A stretch of 64,000 bases of DNA from Bacteroidota bacterium (GTDB taxonomy: Bacteria > Bacteroidota > Bacteroidia > Chitinophagales > Chitinophagaceae). The position numbers and the translations under genes are program-made. Location of the stretch: NCBI GenBank assembly GCA_013289065.1, contig JABDAP010000001.1, forward strand, positions 4,369 through 68,368. Direction: 5' to 3'. This document shows, one piece after another, positions 11,413 to 21,218 of the stretch (positions are counted from its first letter, which is position 1; every line of letters starts with the position of its first letter). The notes under the pieces were generated by a model. The model had not been told where the DNA came from and made no database searches. It was given only the letters and a program-made list of their open reading frames with translations.

Positions 11413-12639
11413 ATGAAGCAATTCAGTGTTCCCAATATTTACCGCAGCCCGCTGATCAGCGCGGTTAAACAGCAACGCAGGCAGGATGATAAACTGAAAA
11501 AAGATTTCACACCTACCCTCCTCAACCTCGGCCCGCTACAGATCTATCTTGCGCGCCATTTTGGTTTTTGTTATGGCGTAGAGAATGCAATTGAAATTGC
11601 TTTTACCACCATCGATGAAAACCCGGGCAAGCGGATCTTTTTATTAAGTGAAATGATACACAACCCGCAGGTAAATGCAGACCTTGTTGAGCGCGGCGTA
11701 CAGTTTTTACAGGATACATACGGCAACCAGCTGATCCCGTTTGAAGAGATCACCAAAGAGGATGTAGTGATCATTCCTGCATTTGGCACTACGCTGGAAA
11801 TAGAAAAATTATTAAATGAAAAAGGGATCGCCACCGCAAAATATAATACCACCTGCCCGTTCGTAGAAAAAGTATGGAACCGAAGCGAACAGATCGCAGA
11901 AAAAGGTTACAGCATTGTAGTGCATGGCAAACCCAGGCACGAAGAAACACGCGCCACGTTCTCGCATGCATCATTACATACGCCAACGGTGGTGGTGAAT
12001 GATATGAAAGAAACTGTTGAACTTGCAAAATATATTACGGGCGAAAAACCGGCAGAAGAATTTTATCATGAATTCGGTGGGCGTTATTCAGAAGGTTTTG
12101 ATATCACAAAACATCTGCAAAAAATAGGCGTGGTAAACCAGACAACACAGCTGGCAAGTGATACGCAGGCCATTTCGGATTATTTAAAGAGTGTGATCAT
12201 CCGCCATTATAAATTAACTGCAGAAAACATCAGCGAACGTTTTGCGGATACGCGCGATACTTTGTGTTATGCAACAAATGATAACCAGAGTGCCGTAACC
12301 GGCATGCTGGAAACAGCAGCCGATCTTGCGATAGTGATCGGCGGGCATAACAGCAGCAACAGTTCGCACCTGGTAGAACTTTGCGAAAATAAACTGCCCA
12401 CTTATTTTATCGATTCGGCAGAAAGGCTTATCAGCAAAACGATCATTGAATCGCGCAACTGGCAAAGCAAAGAACTGGCCATTAAAGAAAATTATCTCCC
12501 CAACAGATCGCCATTAAAAATTCTGGTCACCAGCGGTGCAAGTTGCCCGGATGCAGTGGTAGAAAAAGTGATCCGCAAGCTTGCGGGGTTTTATGGTGTG
12601 GAAGAAAAAGTGGATGAGATAACGGAAGCGATTTTCTAG
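11413..12639 (+). CDS. ispH: 4-hydroxy-3-methylbut-2-enyl diphosphate reductase
   Basis: FGFCYGVENA, MIHNPQV, TTCPFV, VNQTT, DTLCYATNDNQ, GGHNSSNS, TSGASCPD. Confidence 0.96.
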   Translation: MKQFSVPNIYRSPLISAVKQQRRQDDKLKKDFTPTLLNLGPLQIYLARHFGFCYGVENAIEIAFTTIDENPGKRIFLLSEMIHNPQVNADLVERGVQFLQDTYGNQLIPFEEITKEDVVIIPAFGTTLEIEKLLNEKGIATAKYNTTCPFVEKVWNRSEQIAEKGYSIVVHGKPRHEETRATFSHASLHTPTVVVNDMKETVELAKYITGEKPAEEFYHEFGGRYSEGFDITKHLQKIGVVNQTTQLASDTQAISDYLKSVIIRHYKLTAENISERFADTRDTLCYATNDNQSAVTGMLETAADLAIVIGGHNSSNSSHLVELCENKLPTYFIDSAERLISKTIIESRNWQSKELAIKENYLPNRSPLKILVTSGASCPDAVVEKVIRKLAGFYGVEEKVDEITEAIF

Positions 12640-12693
12640 CCTGAGCAGATTTGTAATAATTTGTCACCCCCCCAAAGCGAAGAAAAATATAAA

Positions 12694-13425
12694 ATGTTCA
12701 GACACCAGGGTAAGACACGAACTTTAAACCATAATCTGAAAATAGCTTCGTTATTATCTTCTGTTGCAGGTATTGTAAACGTAGCAGGTTTTTTCGCTGT
12801 TCAACGACTGACGACCAACGTAACAGGGCACTTTGCATTTTTTGCAGATGAAATTTTTAAGCTCAACTTCTGGCAGGGGTTTGTTTATTTTCTTTACATA
12901 TTTTTCTTTTTCCTGGGCTCTTTTGTTTCCAGTTTTCTTATAGAGATCATTTCACGGAAAAACGATCATTATATTTATATAGTTCCAGCTTCAATCGAAT
13001 GCATTATTCTGTTTGTGATCGGTTTTTGGGGAAAGGGTTTAATTATAGGAAGCCCTGACACTATTGCTTTCAGTTTGCTTTTTGCAATGGGTCTGCAAAA
13101 CTCTCTGGTCACAACTATTTCAAGCGCAAGTGTGAGAACAACACATTTAACAGGGCTCTTTACCGACTTAGGGATTGAATTATCGCAGTTGTTCTTTTAC
13201 AAAGAAAAAGAACAAAAACACAAATTAAAATCATCAATAAAACTGCGCTTCACAATAATAAGTTTCTTTTTTATTGGTGGTATCGTTGGTGGAATATTAT
13301 ACGCAGGAGTTGGACTTCGTTCTTTAATTTTTGCAGCTGCCATATTGGCTTCCGGTTTAATTTACGATAACATAAAATTCAAGCTCATTTTCATTTTATT
13401 AAAACGAAAACGAAAAAACAGCTGA
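12694..13425 (+). CDS. YoaK/DUF1275 family membrane protein
   Basis: AGIVNVAGF, TTNVTGH, FAMGLQN, VRTTHLTGLFTDLG. Confidence 0.92.
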   Translation: MFRHQGKTRTLNHNLKIASLLSSVAGIVNVAGFFAVQRLTTNVTGHFAFFADEIFKLNFWQGFVYFLYIFFFFLGSFVSSFLIEIISRKNDHYIYIVPASIECIILFVIGFWGKGLIIGSPDTIAFSLLFAMGLQNSLVTTISSASVRTTHLTGLFTDLGIELSQLFFYKEKEQKHKLKSSIKLRFTIISFFFIGGIVGGILYAGVGLRSLIFAAAILASGLIYDNIKFKLIFILLKRKRKNS

Positions 13426-13454
13426 CAAAAAAACATACCAACACAGGGCTGTTA

Positions 13455-13608
13455 TTAATCATTCCCACCAAGCATAAAAACATCTTCCACAGCCTTATTG
13501 AATACTTTAGCTATCTTAAGCGCAAGCACTGTTGAGGGAACATATTTATTTGCTTCCATTGCATTGATCGTTTAAGCTTACAGACACTTTCTTTGCCAGA
13601 TCTTCCTG
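13455..13608 (-). pseudogene. Truncated, frameshifted XRE-family HTH regulator
   Basis: QEDLAKKVSVS, then a 2-nt deficit, then TINAMEANKYVPSTVLALKIAKVFNKAVEDVFMLGGND*; no N-terminus or start codon. Confidence 0.8.
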
Positions 13609-13640
13609 TACTCCACATGGAACAGAAATAAAAGCTACTC

Positions 13641-13674
13641 AAAACATCAACGCAGCTTTTGCATATTTATTCGG
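13641..13674 (+). repeat. Array junction motif, copy 1
   Basis: AAAACATCAACGCAGCTTTTGCATATTTATTCGG. Confidence 0.75.
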
Positions 13675-13808
13675 CCCAGGTGTCCGGAACTGTTTAAAGT
13701 TCTGGTGAGGCCTCTTTCTGAAAAATGATAAATGGTAACCATTGTTTTATCATGCCTGTATATTTTTATAACGGGATAAGGTCTTATGCTATTAAAATAC
13801 TCCGCGAG

Positions 13809-13920
13809 CCTCTGTGCGCATTCCTTTGCGTACTCTGTGGTTAATAGCTTCAATTACAACCACAGAGTACGCAAAGAAATGCGCACAGAGAGCACAAAGA
13901 GTGTTTGAGGTTTCGCAGAG
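13809..13920. repeat. Palindromic REP/MITE-like element (CACAGAG/CGCAAAG family)
   Basis: Long near-perfect hairpin; an inverted homologue with conserved loop lies at 47935-48033. Confidence 0.8.
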
Positions 13921-13960
13921 AAATTCATTGTATACAAATCACCATCAAAAATAACCGGCC

Positions 13961-14719
13961 ATGAAAACATGTATAACAGCAGCTTTAATTTTTTTATTTC
14001 TTACCTGCCAGCTTGCGGCACAAAAAAAAGACACTGTATTGTTCGTTCCGGGCGCTAACCAACTGCAATCGCTGCTGCTTTCCGATTACACAAATAAGTA
14101 TGATTTTTTTAGTGTGAAAGACGGAGCCGAAACATTAACCGGCAGCCTCGAAGATAATTTTACAACATATGGAACCGGCAAGAACAAACAGGCGCTGCGC
14201 ACCTGCAGGATCGTGTTTGGCACAAATACTATTTTAGACAGCGGCCTCTGCGAATTGAACGGATTAAAACCGGTTTACCACCGTTCCGTTCAGACAAAAA
14301 AAATACTGCATCTCGATTTCAGCAATAACATCGTTAGCGGTGATGTTGTATTGTTAAGTGATGATAATAAAAAAGAACAGATCCATTGCGAAACAGCGGT
14401 TCCGTTATTTGATTCTTATTACGAAGACATCATTGCCAAATCGCTGAAGTTTGAGCCCGGAACGGTGTTCAGGTTTCCTGAATATATTTATGAGCGAGGC
14501 GGAATTGTGTGGTCATGGGGCGAAATCACCGGCAGTGCAGAAATGAACGATGCAGGAAATAAAATAACTGCATGTACCATCAGATTCTATGAAACCAATC
14601 CAGCCAAAGAAATCATCAGAACAACTGTTTACCAGGTGAATGAGCAGAACCGTGAGATCATTTCGAGAGAATATGTTACTGCGAATGGGAGAACGGTGAT
14701 GAGGAAAAGGGTAGTGTAA
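13961..14719 (+). CDS. Secreted hypothetical protein
   Basis: 252-aa ORF with signal peptide ending LAAQ. Confidence 0.75.
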   Translation: MKTCITAALIFLFLTCQLAAQKKDTVLFVPGANQLQSLLLSDYTNKYDFFSVKDGAETLTGSLEDNFTTYGTGKNKQALRTCRIVFGTNTILDSGLCELNGLKPVYHRSVQTKKILHLDFSNNIVSGDVVLLSDDNKKEQIHCETAVPLFDSYYEDIIAKSLKFEPGTVFRFPEYIYERGGIVWSWGEITGSAEMNDAGNKITACTIRFYETNPAKEIIRTTVYQVNEQNREIISREYVTANGRTVMRKRVV

Positions 14720-14734
14720 TTAGGTATTTATAGA

Positions 14735-14767
14735 AAAACATCATTCACCTTTTGTATATTTATTCAG
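14735..14767 (+). repeat. Array junction motif, copy 2
   Basis: AAAACATCATTCACCTTTTGTATATTTATTCAG. Confidence 0.8.
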
Positions 14768-14798
14768 CGACAATGAAAATTGGATAAACCCAGGTAAA

Positions 14799-15368
14799 AT
14801 GACGACAGAACAAATCAAAGAGTTCATTCAGGGTGGAGAATGGAAAAGTATTGCCCCGGAAATTCGTCCGAGTGCAATTAAAAATGCTGACGGCAGCATC
14901 AAACCATTTTATCTGACACGAACTTTCAAATATTTTCCAGGCGACAAATTTGAACTGGCAATAGCAAACTCTGCTGATGCTTACGGAAAAATTCCGCTGG
15001 CAAAAATATTTATCAAAGGGCATATGAACTGGGGAGGCGAACACCCGATTGCAGACGGTGCACAAAAAGTTGACTTTGTTGCAGACGATGCATATGAAGT
15101 TACCCCAATGCTTCAGGGTTTTGCTGACGCGATGAACCAGTTCACAAAAGGTTTCAGCAAATGGGAAGTAAACCAGCCACAAAGTATTCTGCAAAAAGAG
15201 TTTACACCATTCGGGCTTGCAGAAGGAGAAATATTTTCAGAGTGCGATTTGATGTACATTTTCAACGGGCTAATGTTTTGGGGTGCGAGAAACATTGACG
15301 GAAGGGGATTTGACACAGAAAAAAACCGGCCGACCAATTTACAGATCCCATTGATAAGACATACATAA
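14799..15368 (+). CDS. Hypothetical protein, APCDD1-like beta-barrel
   Basis: WKSIAPEIRPS...FYLTRTF, EVTP, FWGARNIDG...RPTNLQIPL recall the APCDD1 domain pattern. Confidence 0.6.
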   Translation: MTTEQIKEFIQGGEWKSIAPEIRPSAIKNADGSIKPFYLTRTFKYFPGDKFELAIANSADAYGKIPLAKIFIKGHMNWGGEHPIADGAQKVDFVADDAYEVTPMLQGFADAMNQFTKGFSKWEVNQPQSILQKEFTPFGLAEGEIFSECDLMYIFNGLMFWGARNIDGRGFDTEKNRPTNLQIPLIRHT

Positions 15369-15394
15369 TTAAAAACACTGGGCGTGTTTCCAAA

Positions 15395-15408
15395 GTATAT
15401 TTATTCAG
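15395..15408 (+). repeat. Array junction motif, copy 3 (3' half only)
   Basis: GTATATTTATTCAG. Confidence 0.65.
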
Positions 15409-15438
15409 CCTTTGCTTTAGCTGCTTTAAATTCATTTT

Positions 15439-15570
15439 ATGAGAAGCCCTTTTTTATTATTTCCAATTGTCCTGTTAGCATCTAATTCATTTGGGCAGAA
15501 TAAAACAGGCAGTTTTACAATCAATACAGGCTTTCAGAAAGCTTCTAATCTATATACAATAGTTTTTTAA
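15439..15570 (+). pseudogene. Gene remnant or small ORF (43 aa) with signal peptide
   Basis: MRSPFLLFPIVLLASNSFGQNKTG...; in frame with the 15589 ORF but separated from it by TAA and TAG. Confidence 0.4.
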
Positions 15571-15588
15571 CCGCCATATTAGTTTATT

Positions 15589-16212
15589 ATGAATGAAAAA
15601 TTTGTAGCATCCGTAAACCGGAAATATAAAGCGCTTAAAAAAGATAATCCATACTATATCCGGGAGGAAATGGTAGAAAACATCCTGAGATATTATGTTA
15701 GAAAAGAATTTGAAGAAGTAACAGATTATCATATCGGCTTCTTCAGTTTATTTCAGGGTAATGCCAAACTCGACAAAATTTTAGCAACCCAATTAGAACT
15801 GTTATCAGATCAACGCTATTACCGGCATGATATAAGCGGCGGCGTTCAACCGATGACAAGAGAATTGCGGCTGCCGGAAGACCAGACATCTAAATGGCAA
15901 TTATTGTATGAGACAACAGTTTTCCCTACTGAACAATCGGGGCCGATACTGCATTTATATTTCGATGGCTGGGAACTAAAAAATTGTAAAATCTATTACT
16001 GGGACGAAATTGCCATAAATGATATCTCAGAAGATGATGAACTTGCCACAGCCAAAAATAAAATTGCAGCATTCGGGCTTCAATTAGATGATAACATCGG
16101 TGACGACGCAACTTTGCTGATCAAGAAACTTCTTGACAATCAATTTCCAAATGACGACAATAATATCGGGGGCCACAAATGGGATTTTGGAAATCCGGGT
16201 AGCGAAGATTGA
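15589..16212 (+). CDS. Hypothetical protein
   Basis: 207-aa ORF with no recognised motif. Confidence 0.6.
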   Translation: MNEKFVASVNRKYKALKKDNPYYIREEMVENILRYYVRKEFEEVTDYHIGFFSLFQGNAKLDKILATQLELLSDQRYYRHDISGGVQPMTRELRLPEDQTSKWQLLYETTVFPTEQSGPILHLYFDGWELKNCKIYYWDEIAINDISEDDELATAKNKIAAFGLQLDDNIGDDATLLIKKLLDNQFPNDDNNIGGHKWDFGNPGSED

Positions 16213-16257
16213 ACCTTGATCTATCTTTTGTACCGAAATTTCTGCAAACAAAATTCA

Positions 16258-16860
16258 ATGAGAACATTAAAATATATACTACCGTTTATCTTAATTCTGC
16301 CGGCCGCATGTTCTCAAAACAGCACAAACGATAAACCTGTTTCAACCGATCCAAACTGGCAGAAGGATAGCCTGGAAGTGATCAATTCCTTAAAACATGT
16401 TTACAGATGGCACGATTCTGCCGCTTCTACCCTGATAGATTTTAATGTACTGGTGGTTGATTCATTTCAAACCGGCCTCGATCTTCCGGCATTTGAAAAA
16501 GCTTGTAAAGCGCTTGAAGCATCGCATTTATTCTCAAACACATTTATCGCTAACTATAAAGAACTTGGCGGATTGATCAATAAAAAACTCACCACGGCTG
16601 ATCCGAAATATTTGAATGAGATCAATTTCGCCTACCAGGATGCAGATCCGTGGACATACTTTCAGGATGATGCAGGCCAATACTGGAACGATTTTAAAAT
16701 TTCGGATTTCGTATTGTCTTCTGACAGTGCTTCTCTTAAATGGTCGCTCCAGGAAAAACATTCAACCACTGGCAAATACCTGGTCAGGTTCAGTAAAGAA
16801 AACGGGAAATGGGTAGTTTCTTATTTAGATGGCTTTGATAAAAAAATGTATGTTCAATAG
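16258..16860 (+). CDS. Hypothetical lipoprotein
   Basis: MRTLKYILPFILILPAAC lipobox; C-terminal YLVRFSKENGKWVVSYLDGF (NTF2-like end). Confidence 0.75.
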   Translation: MRTLKYILPFILILPAACSQNSTNDKPVSTDPNWQKDSLEVINSLKHVYRWHDSAASTLIDFNVLVVDSFQTGLDLPAFEKACKALEASHLFSNTFIANYKELGGLINKKLTTADPKYLNEINFAYQDADPWTYFQDDAGQYWNDFKISDFVLSSDSASLKWSLQEKHSTTGKYLVRFSKENGKWVVSYLDGFDKKMYVQ

Positions 16861-16990
16861 CCCGGTGATCAAGCGTATCCGAACCGCTAAGGGCTATCGA
16901 GGTTAGTGGTAAGTATACAAAAACAGGAACATGAAACAAAGAACAAACAAAGGTTTGTTCAATTAGGCTGATGGAATTCTTAACGGCAGA

Positions 16991-17024
16991 AAAACATCAA
17001 CCCAGGTTTTGTATATTTATTCAG
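16991..17024 (+). repeat. Array junction motif, copy 4
   Basis: AAAACATCAACCCAGGTTTTGTATATTTATTCAG. Confidence 0.8.
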
Positions 17025-17046
17025 TCCTTTACTAAACAGATCATAC

Positions 17047-17451
17047 ATGGGAAAAGTAGCCGTAATTAAAACCAAACCAACTTCTTCCAATGTGGAAGAT
17101 TTCATTAATAGTATTGCGGATGAGCAAAAACGAAAAGACAGTTTCGTTATCCTTTCAATGATGGAGAAAGCCACGAAAGAAAAGCCGAAAATGTGGGGCA
17201 GTTCAATGATCGGTTTCGGGGATGTAAGATATAAGAGCCCTGCCAGCGGCAGAGAAGTGGATTGGTTCAGGATCGGGTTTTCACCACGTAAAGCCAATTT
17301 ATCATTACACCTGATCAACCTCGAGCGCCATGCTGATGCATTGGCCAAACTGGGCAAACACAAAACCGGTTTGGGTTGTCTTTACATCAATAAGCTCTCG
17401 GATGTTGATGTAAAGGTGTTGGAAAAAATGATTGTTGCAGCGGCGGAATAG
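17047..17451 (+). CDS. DUF1801 (YdhG-like) protein
   Basis: PKMWGSSMIGFG, IGFSPRKANLSL, LGKHKTGLGCLYINKLSDVD. Confidence 0.9.
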   Translation: MGKVAVIKTKPTSSNVEDFINSIADEQKRKDSFVILSMMEKATKEKPKMWGSSMIGFGDVRYKSPASGREVDWFRIGFSPRKANLSLHLINLERHADALAKLGKHKTGLGCLYINKLSDVDVKVLEKMIVAAAE

Positions 17452-17506
17452 AATGATTTATTTTATTCATTCAGCCGTTGGATAAGATCTTTTATAGCGA
17501 AAAATA

Positions 17507-17600
17507 GCACGCAGATGACGCGGATTAAGCAGATCTTTACGGATCAATAATTAAAAAATAAAATCAGCGCATATCCGCTTAATCCGCGTCATCTGCGTGC
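17507..17600. repeat. Palindromic REP-like element (9-bp-period GCAGAT family)
   Basis: GCACGCAGATGACGCGGATTAAGC, 24-bp perfect inverted repeat. Confidence 0.85.
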
Positions 17601-17683
17601 CATTTACACATCAATCAGCAAAACAGCTAACCCGTTTAACGGCGCAACACATTATACTCAAACATCACTAATAATCTCTTCCG

Positions 17684-17971
17684 ATGGATTTTCTTCAAAA
17701 CTGTATGATAGGCCTGGTATTTCTAAGCTTCCTGCTGCTGATGTATAAAATATATTTACAGGGCAAACTTGATAACCCCGACAGAAAAGGTTCATGGACA
17801 ACCCTGCTTATCATTACATTCAGCATCAAATATCTTACACCGGTCTTCAGAAATAATTATCACATCTCAGATGCTTCTATCATAAAAAGAGCCAACCTAT
17901 CCCTGAAATATTGCTGGTTAACTTTTGGGATGGCTGTCATGTTAGCTTTTATAAAAGAGTTTCTGCACTAA
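17684..17971 (+). CDS. Small hypothetical membrane protein
   Basis: 95 aa, three hydrophobic segments. Confidence 0.6.
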   Translation: MDFLQNCMIGLVFLSFLLLMYKIYLQGKLDNPDRKGSWTTLLIITFSIKYLTPVFRNNYHISDASIIKRANLSLKYCWLTFGMAVMLAFIKEFLH

Positions 17972-17982
17972 AACTTTTATCA

Positions 17983-18774
17983 ATGAAAGATCTATCCTCC
18001 GCCGGCCGTATTTTTTATGGCATTGCCATATTCGGTATCGGGTTCCTGACAGTTTATTATAATGATTTTCCTTATATGCTTATACCGCCAAAGCATCAAG
18101 GTATTCCCGGCATTGTAATTCTTGTTTCCGGCATCCTCCTTCTTTTGGCCGGTGCACTGATCATCTCTGCGCAAAAAGCCAGGTTAATTTCTCTGCTGTT
18201 GGGAACTGTGCTTCTATTGATATTTTGTTTTTATTTTATCCCGTATGAATTCATGGTTAGCCCAAACTATATGCATTTTGGCGATTGGGAAAACGCAGCA
18301 AAAGAACTGGCATTATCCGGCGGTGCATTTGTAATAGCTGGTTGTTTTCCGGAAAAAAATGAAAACACAATTACCCGGTTTTTAAAGAAACTGATTCCTC
18401 TCGGGACCATTCTCTTTTCGATTACGATCATCAGTTTTGGTATTGATCATTTTATATATGGCGAACAGGCGGCTGACTATGTTCCATCATGGATACCTTA
18501 TCATATTTTCTGGATCTATTTTGCCGGCGCAGCATTACTCGGTGCGGGCCTTGCAGTCGTTTTAAAGATCAGGCCGGTATTAGCTGCCACTCTTTTAGGC
18601 ATCATGATCTTTAGCTGGGTTATTATGCTACACATCCCCAGGATAGTGGTTTCACCGGCTGCTTATATGGGAAGCGAGGTCACCAGCGCCCTGATAGCGC
18701 TTGCTTATAGCGGAATTGCTTTTGTGATTGCCGGGGCCGCTAAAAAACAACAGGCCAAACAAATGTTACACTAA
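17983..18774 (+). CDS. DoxX-like multi-pass membrane protein
   Basis: Start MKDLSSAGR; internally duplicated halves; FGIDHF, VPSWIPYHIFWIYFAG, MLHIPR. Confidence 0.8.
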   Translation: MKDLSSAGRIFYGIAIFGIGFLTVYYNDFPYMLIPPKHQGIPGIVILVSGILLLLAGALIISAQKARLISLLLGTVLLLIFCFYFIPYEFMVSPNYMHFGDWENAAKELALSGGAFVIAGCFPEKNENTITRFLKKLIPLGTILFSITIISFGIDHFIYGEQAADYVPSWIPYHIFWIYFAGAALLGAGLAVVLKIRPVLAATLLGIMIFSWVIMLHIPRIVVSPAAYMGSEVTSALIALAYSGIAFVIAGAAKKQQAKQMLH

Positions 18775-18920
18775 CGACAGGTTGCAGGTTTTGATCTAAA
18801 AGTTATTGATGAGGAATGGAGAACCTGATTTTTTCAACGCAACCTTCGTTATTAAAATGCAGTTTACAGGATCCATACAGCCTTGCCGGCGAATCTGTTT
18901 GAAAAAACCTCATCCATACC

Positions 18921-18953
18921 AAAACATCAAAGCATTTTTGTACATTTAGTCAG
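18921..18953 (+). repeat. Array junction motif, copy 5
   Basis: AAAACATCAAAGCATTTTTGTACATTTAGTCAG. Confidence 0.75.
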
Positions 18954-18969
18954 CACCAAAAAATAAAGT

Positions 18970-19797
18970 ATGACAAACGAAATTTATCCCTGCTTATGGT
19001 TTGATATGAATGCAAAAGAAGCGGCAGAATTTTACGGTTCCGTTTTCAGCAATTCGAAAATAACAGTTAATACACCAATGGTTGTTATGTTCGAGCTGAA
19101 CGGAAAGAAGATCATGGGCCTGAATGGCGGGCCGATGTTCAAAATGAATCCGTCAATTTCCATGTTCGTTCATTGTACTTCGGCTGACGAGTGCACAAGG
19201 ATCTGGAACGGATTATCCGGAGGAGCTACTGTTTTAATGCAATTGGATAAATATCCCTGGAGCGAGCAATATGGCTGGCTGCAGGATAAGTTTGGTTTTA
19301 CCTGGCAAATAATGAAAGGTGAAACAGATAATATGCTGCCTTCTTTATTGTTTACAGGCAGCCAGCTGGGAAAGGCGCAGGAAGCAATGGATTTTTATAC
19401 GGCCGTTTTTGAGAATTCTGCAGTTAGCAAAAAAAATTATTATCCTGATGATACACCTTTCGGAGGAAAAATTTCTTATGCGGAATTCGATCTGAACCAA
19501 TATCCGTTGGTTGCTATGGATGGGCCGGGCGAACACAAGTTTACTTTTTCAGAAGGCGTTTCTTTTGTAGTGAATTGCGGCTCGCAGAAAGAAATAGACC
19601 ACTACTGGAATAAATTTACAGCTGATGGCGGTGAGGAAAGTATGTGCGGATGGTGCAAAGATAAGTTTGGTGTTTTCTGGCAAATTGTTCCTGCAAATAT
19701 TGGCCAGTTAATAGGCAACCCCAATAACGGCCAAAGAGCGATGCAGGCATTATTGAAGATGAAAAAATTAGATATCGCTGCTTTGGAAAATGCATAA
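18970..19797 (+). CDS. VOC family protein (tandem PhnB/3-demethylubiquinone-methyltransferase-like domains)
   Basis: IYPCLWF, LNGGP, YGWLQDKFGFTWQI, CGWCKDKFGVFWQIVP, MKKLDI. Confidence 0.92.
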   Translation: MTNEIYPCLWFDMNAKEAAEFYGSVFSNSKITVNTPMVVMFELNGKKIMGLNGGPMFKMNPSISMFVHCTSADECTRIWNGLSGGATVLMQLDKYPWSEQYGWLQDKFGFTWQIMKGETDNMLPSLLFTGSQLGKAQEAMDFYTAVFENSAVSKKNYYPDDTPFGGKISYAEFDLNQYPLVAMDGPGEHKFTFSEGVSFVVNCGSQKEIDHYWNKFTADGGEESMCGWCKDKFGVFWQIVPANIGQLIGNPNNGQRAMQALLKMKKLDIAALENA

Positions 19798-19808
19798 CAC
19801 AATAGCAT

Positions 19809-20189
19809 ATGGATCTTACTGAACAAATCAAAGACTGTTATAAAACAGCTTCGAACTATCCCGACCTTGCCAAACGTTTACATCAAACCGGCGTAGGATC
19901 ATATACGGTGGATGTTTCAAGCAGCATAATATTGTATAGATTTATGGAAGGTGAAAATATTCTGCACCAGGGGAATATTACAGCAAGATCAATCACAGAA
20001 ATTTTTGATGAGCAAAAAACGATCCAGGCTATCAGGAACAATCAACAGGGAAAAACCGATTATCCTTCATTCATGAATGAAATTGCAGAAGCAGGTGTAC
20101 GTTTTTATGAAGCAACATTAACGGGTTCAAATAAAAGGGTAACGTATATCGGAACAGGCGGTTATTACGAAGAAACCATTCCATGGTAA
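19809..20189 (+). CDS. DUF1398 family protein
   Basis: YPDLAKRL..GV.SYTVDV; QQGKTDYPSFM..IAEAGV. Confidence 0.8.
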   Translation: MDLTEQIKDCYKTASNYPDLAKRLHQTGVGSYTVDVSSSIILYRFMEGENILHQGNITARSITEIFDEQKTIQAIRNNQQGKTDYPSFMNEIAEAGVRFYEATLTGSNKRVTYIGTGGYYEETIPW

Positions 20190-20228
20190 AAGCTTACACA
20201 CATAGTACCTTAATCAAACTAAAAAAAT

Positions 20229-20798
20229 ATGACACCAGGATCAATGTTTCAAAACAGCAGGCTGCTGTTTGCAAATAAAGCCAGTAAAATAGTTTCGTTA
20301 GTTTTTATTTTTATTCTTTTCATGCAGGCGTTTCTTTTTTCTCAGGCAAAGCCGGGCGTAATGGCCAAAGCTGTACAGGATGCATCAAAAGAAATAACTA
20401 TTCACCACGAAGTAAACTTTACGGTAAGCCCGCAGAAACTTTACCAGGCTTTGCTCAGTTCAAAAGAGTTTAGTGCAAGCACTAAAAAATCTTTTCCTGT
20501 TTTCACTGAAAGCTCAGCTATTATTGATCCTAAAGCAGGTGGTACTTTTTCTTTATTTGACGGGCATATCATCGGCAGGATCTTAGAACTGGTTCCCAAC
20601 CAGCGGATCGTGGAAGCATGGCGTGTGGTGGATTGGCCCGCCGGCGTATATTCCATTGCAAGATTTGAACTTACTCCGAAAGGTTCCGGAACACACCTGG
20701 TATTTGACCACATTGGATTTCCCGCAGGCTTGAAAAAACATTTGTCAGACGGCTGGCAGGAGCATTACTGGGATGCGCTCAATAAATATTTTAAGTAA
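20229..20798 (+). CDS. SRPBCC/AHSA1 domain protein
   Basis: GGTFSLFDGHIIGRILELVPNQRIVEAWR, GWQEHYW. Confidence 0.88.
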   Translation: MTPGSMFQNSRLLFANKASKIVSLVFIFILFMQAFLFSQAKPGVMAKAVQDASKEITIHHEVNFTVSPQKLYQALLSSKEFSASTKKSFPVFTESSAIIDPKAGGTFSLFDGHIIGRILELVPNQRIVEAWRVVDWPAGVYSIARFELTPKGSGTHLVFDHIGFPAGLKKHLSDGWQEHYWDALNKYFK

Positions 20799-20822
20799 TG
20801 ACCGAAATGAATGTAATCAGCT

Positions 20823-21218
20823 ATGAACAACATACATAAAACTCATTTCGCACCGCAACTTTATATAAAGAACGGGACAACAGATATCAGCTTCTACGAA
20901 AAAGCATTTGGCGCAACCGAGCAATTGAAATTTACCAATGATGACGGCAGCATTCATGTAGCCGAATTATCGATCGATGGCGCCATATTTCATCTGCATG
21001 AAGAAACTGCGAACACTGCCCATTTTAATCCGCAGAAACATAATGGAACCACCGTGCTGATCGGGTTATTTGTACCGGATGTAGATACCGTTATGAATAA
21101 AGCGATCGCAGCAGGAGCCACAGTTTTATCGCCCGCACAAAGCTACGATTACGGATATCGCCAGGGTGAAATTAAAGATCCGTTTGGGCATATATGGTTG
21201 ATTGAAATGAAAATATAA
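20823..21218 (+). CDS. VOC/glyoxalase (PhnB-like) protein
   Basis: FYEKAFGA, HVAELSI, YGYRQGEIKDPFGHIWLI. Confidence 0.9.
   Translation: MNNIHKTHFAPQLYIKNGTTDISFYEKAFGATEQLKFTNDDGSIHVAELSIDGAIFHLHEETANTAHFNPQKHNGTTVLIGLFVPDVDTVMNKAIAAGATVLSPAQSYDYGYRQGEIKDPFGHIWLIEMKI

Noticed and set aside
13647-13853. 68-aa minus-strand ORF
   Set aside because: It begins inside a palindromic repeat, runs antisense across the junction motif and has no protein features.
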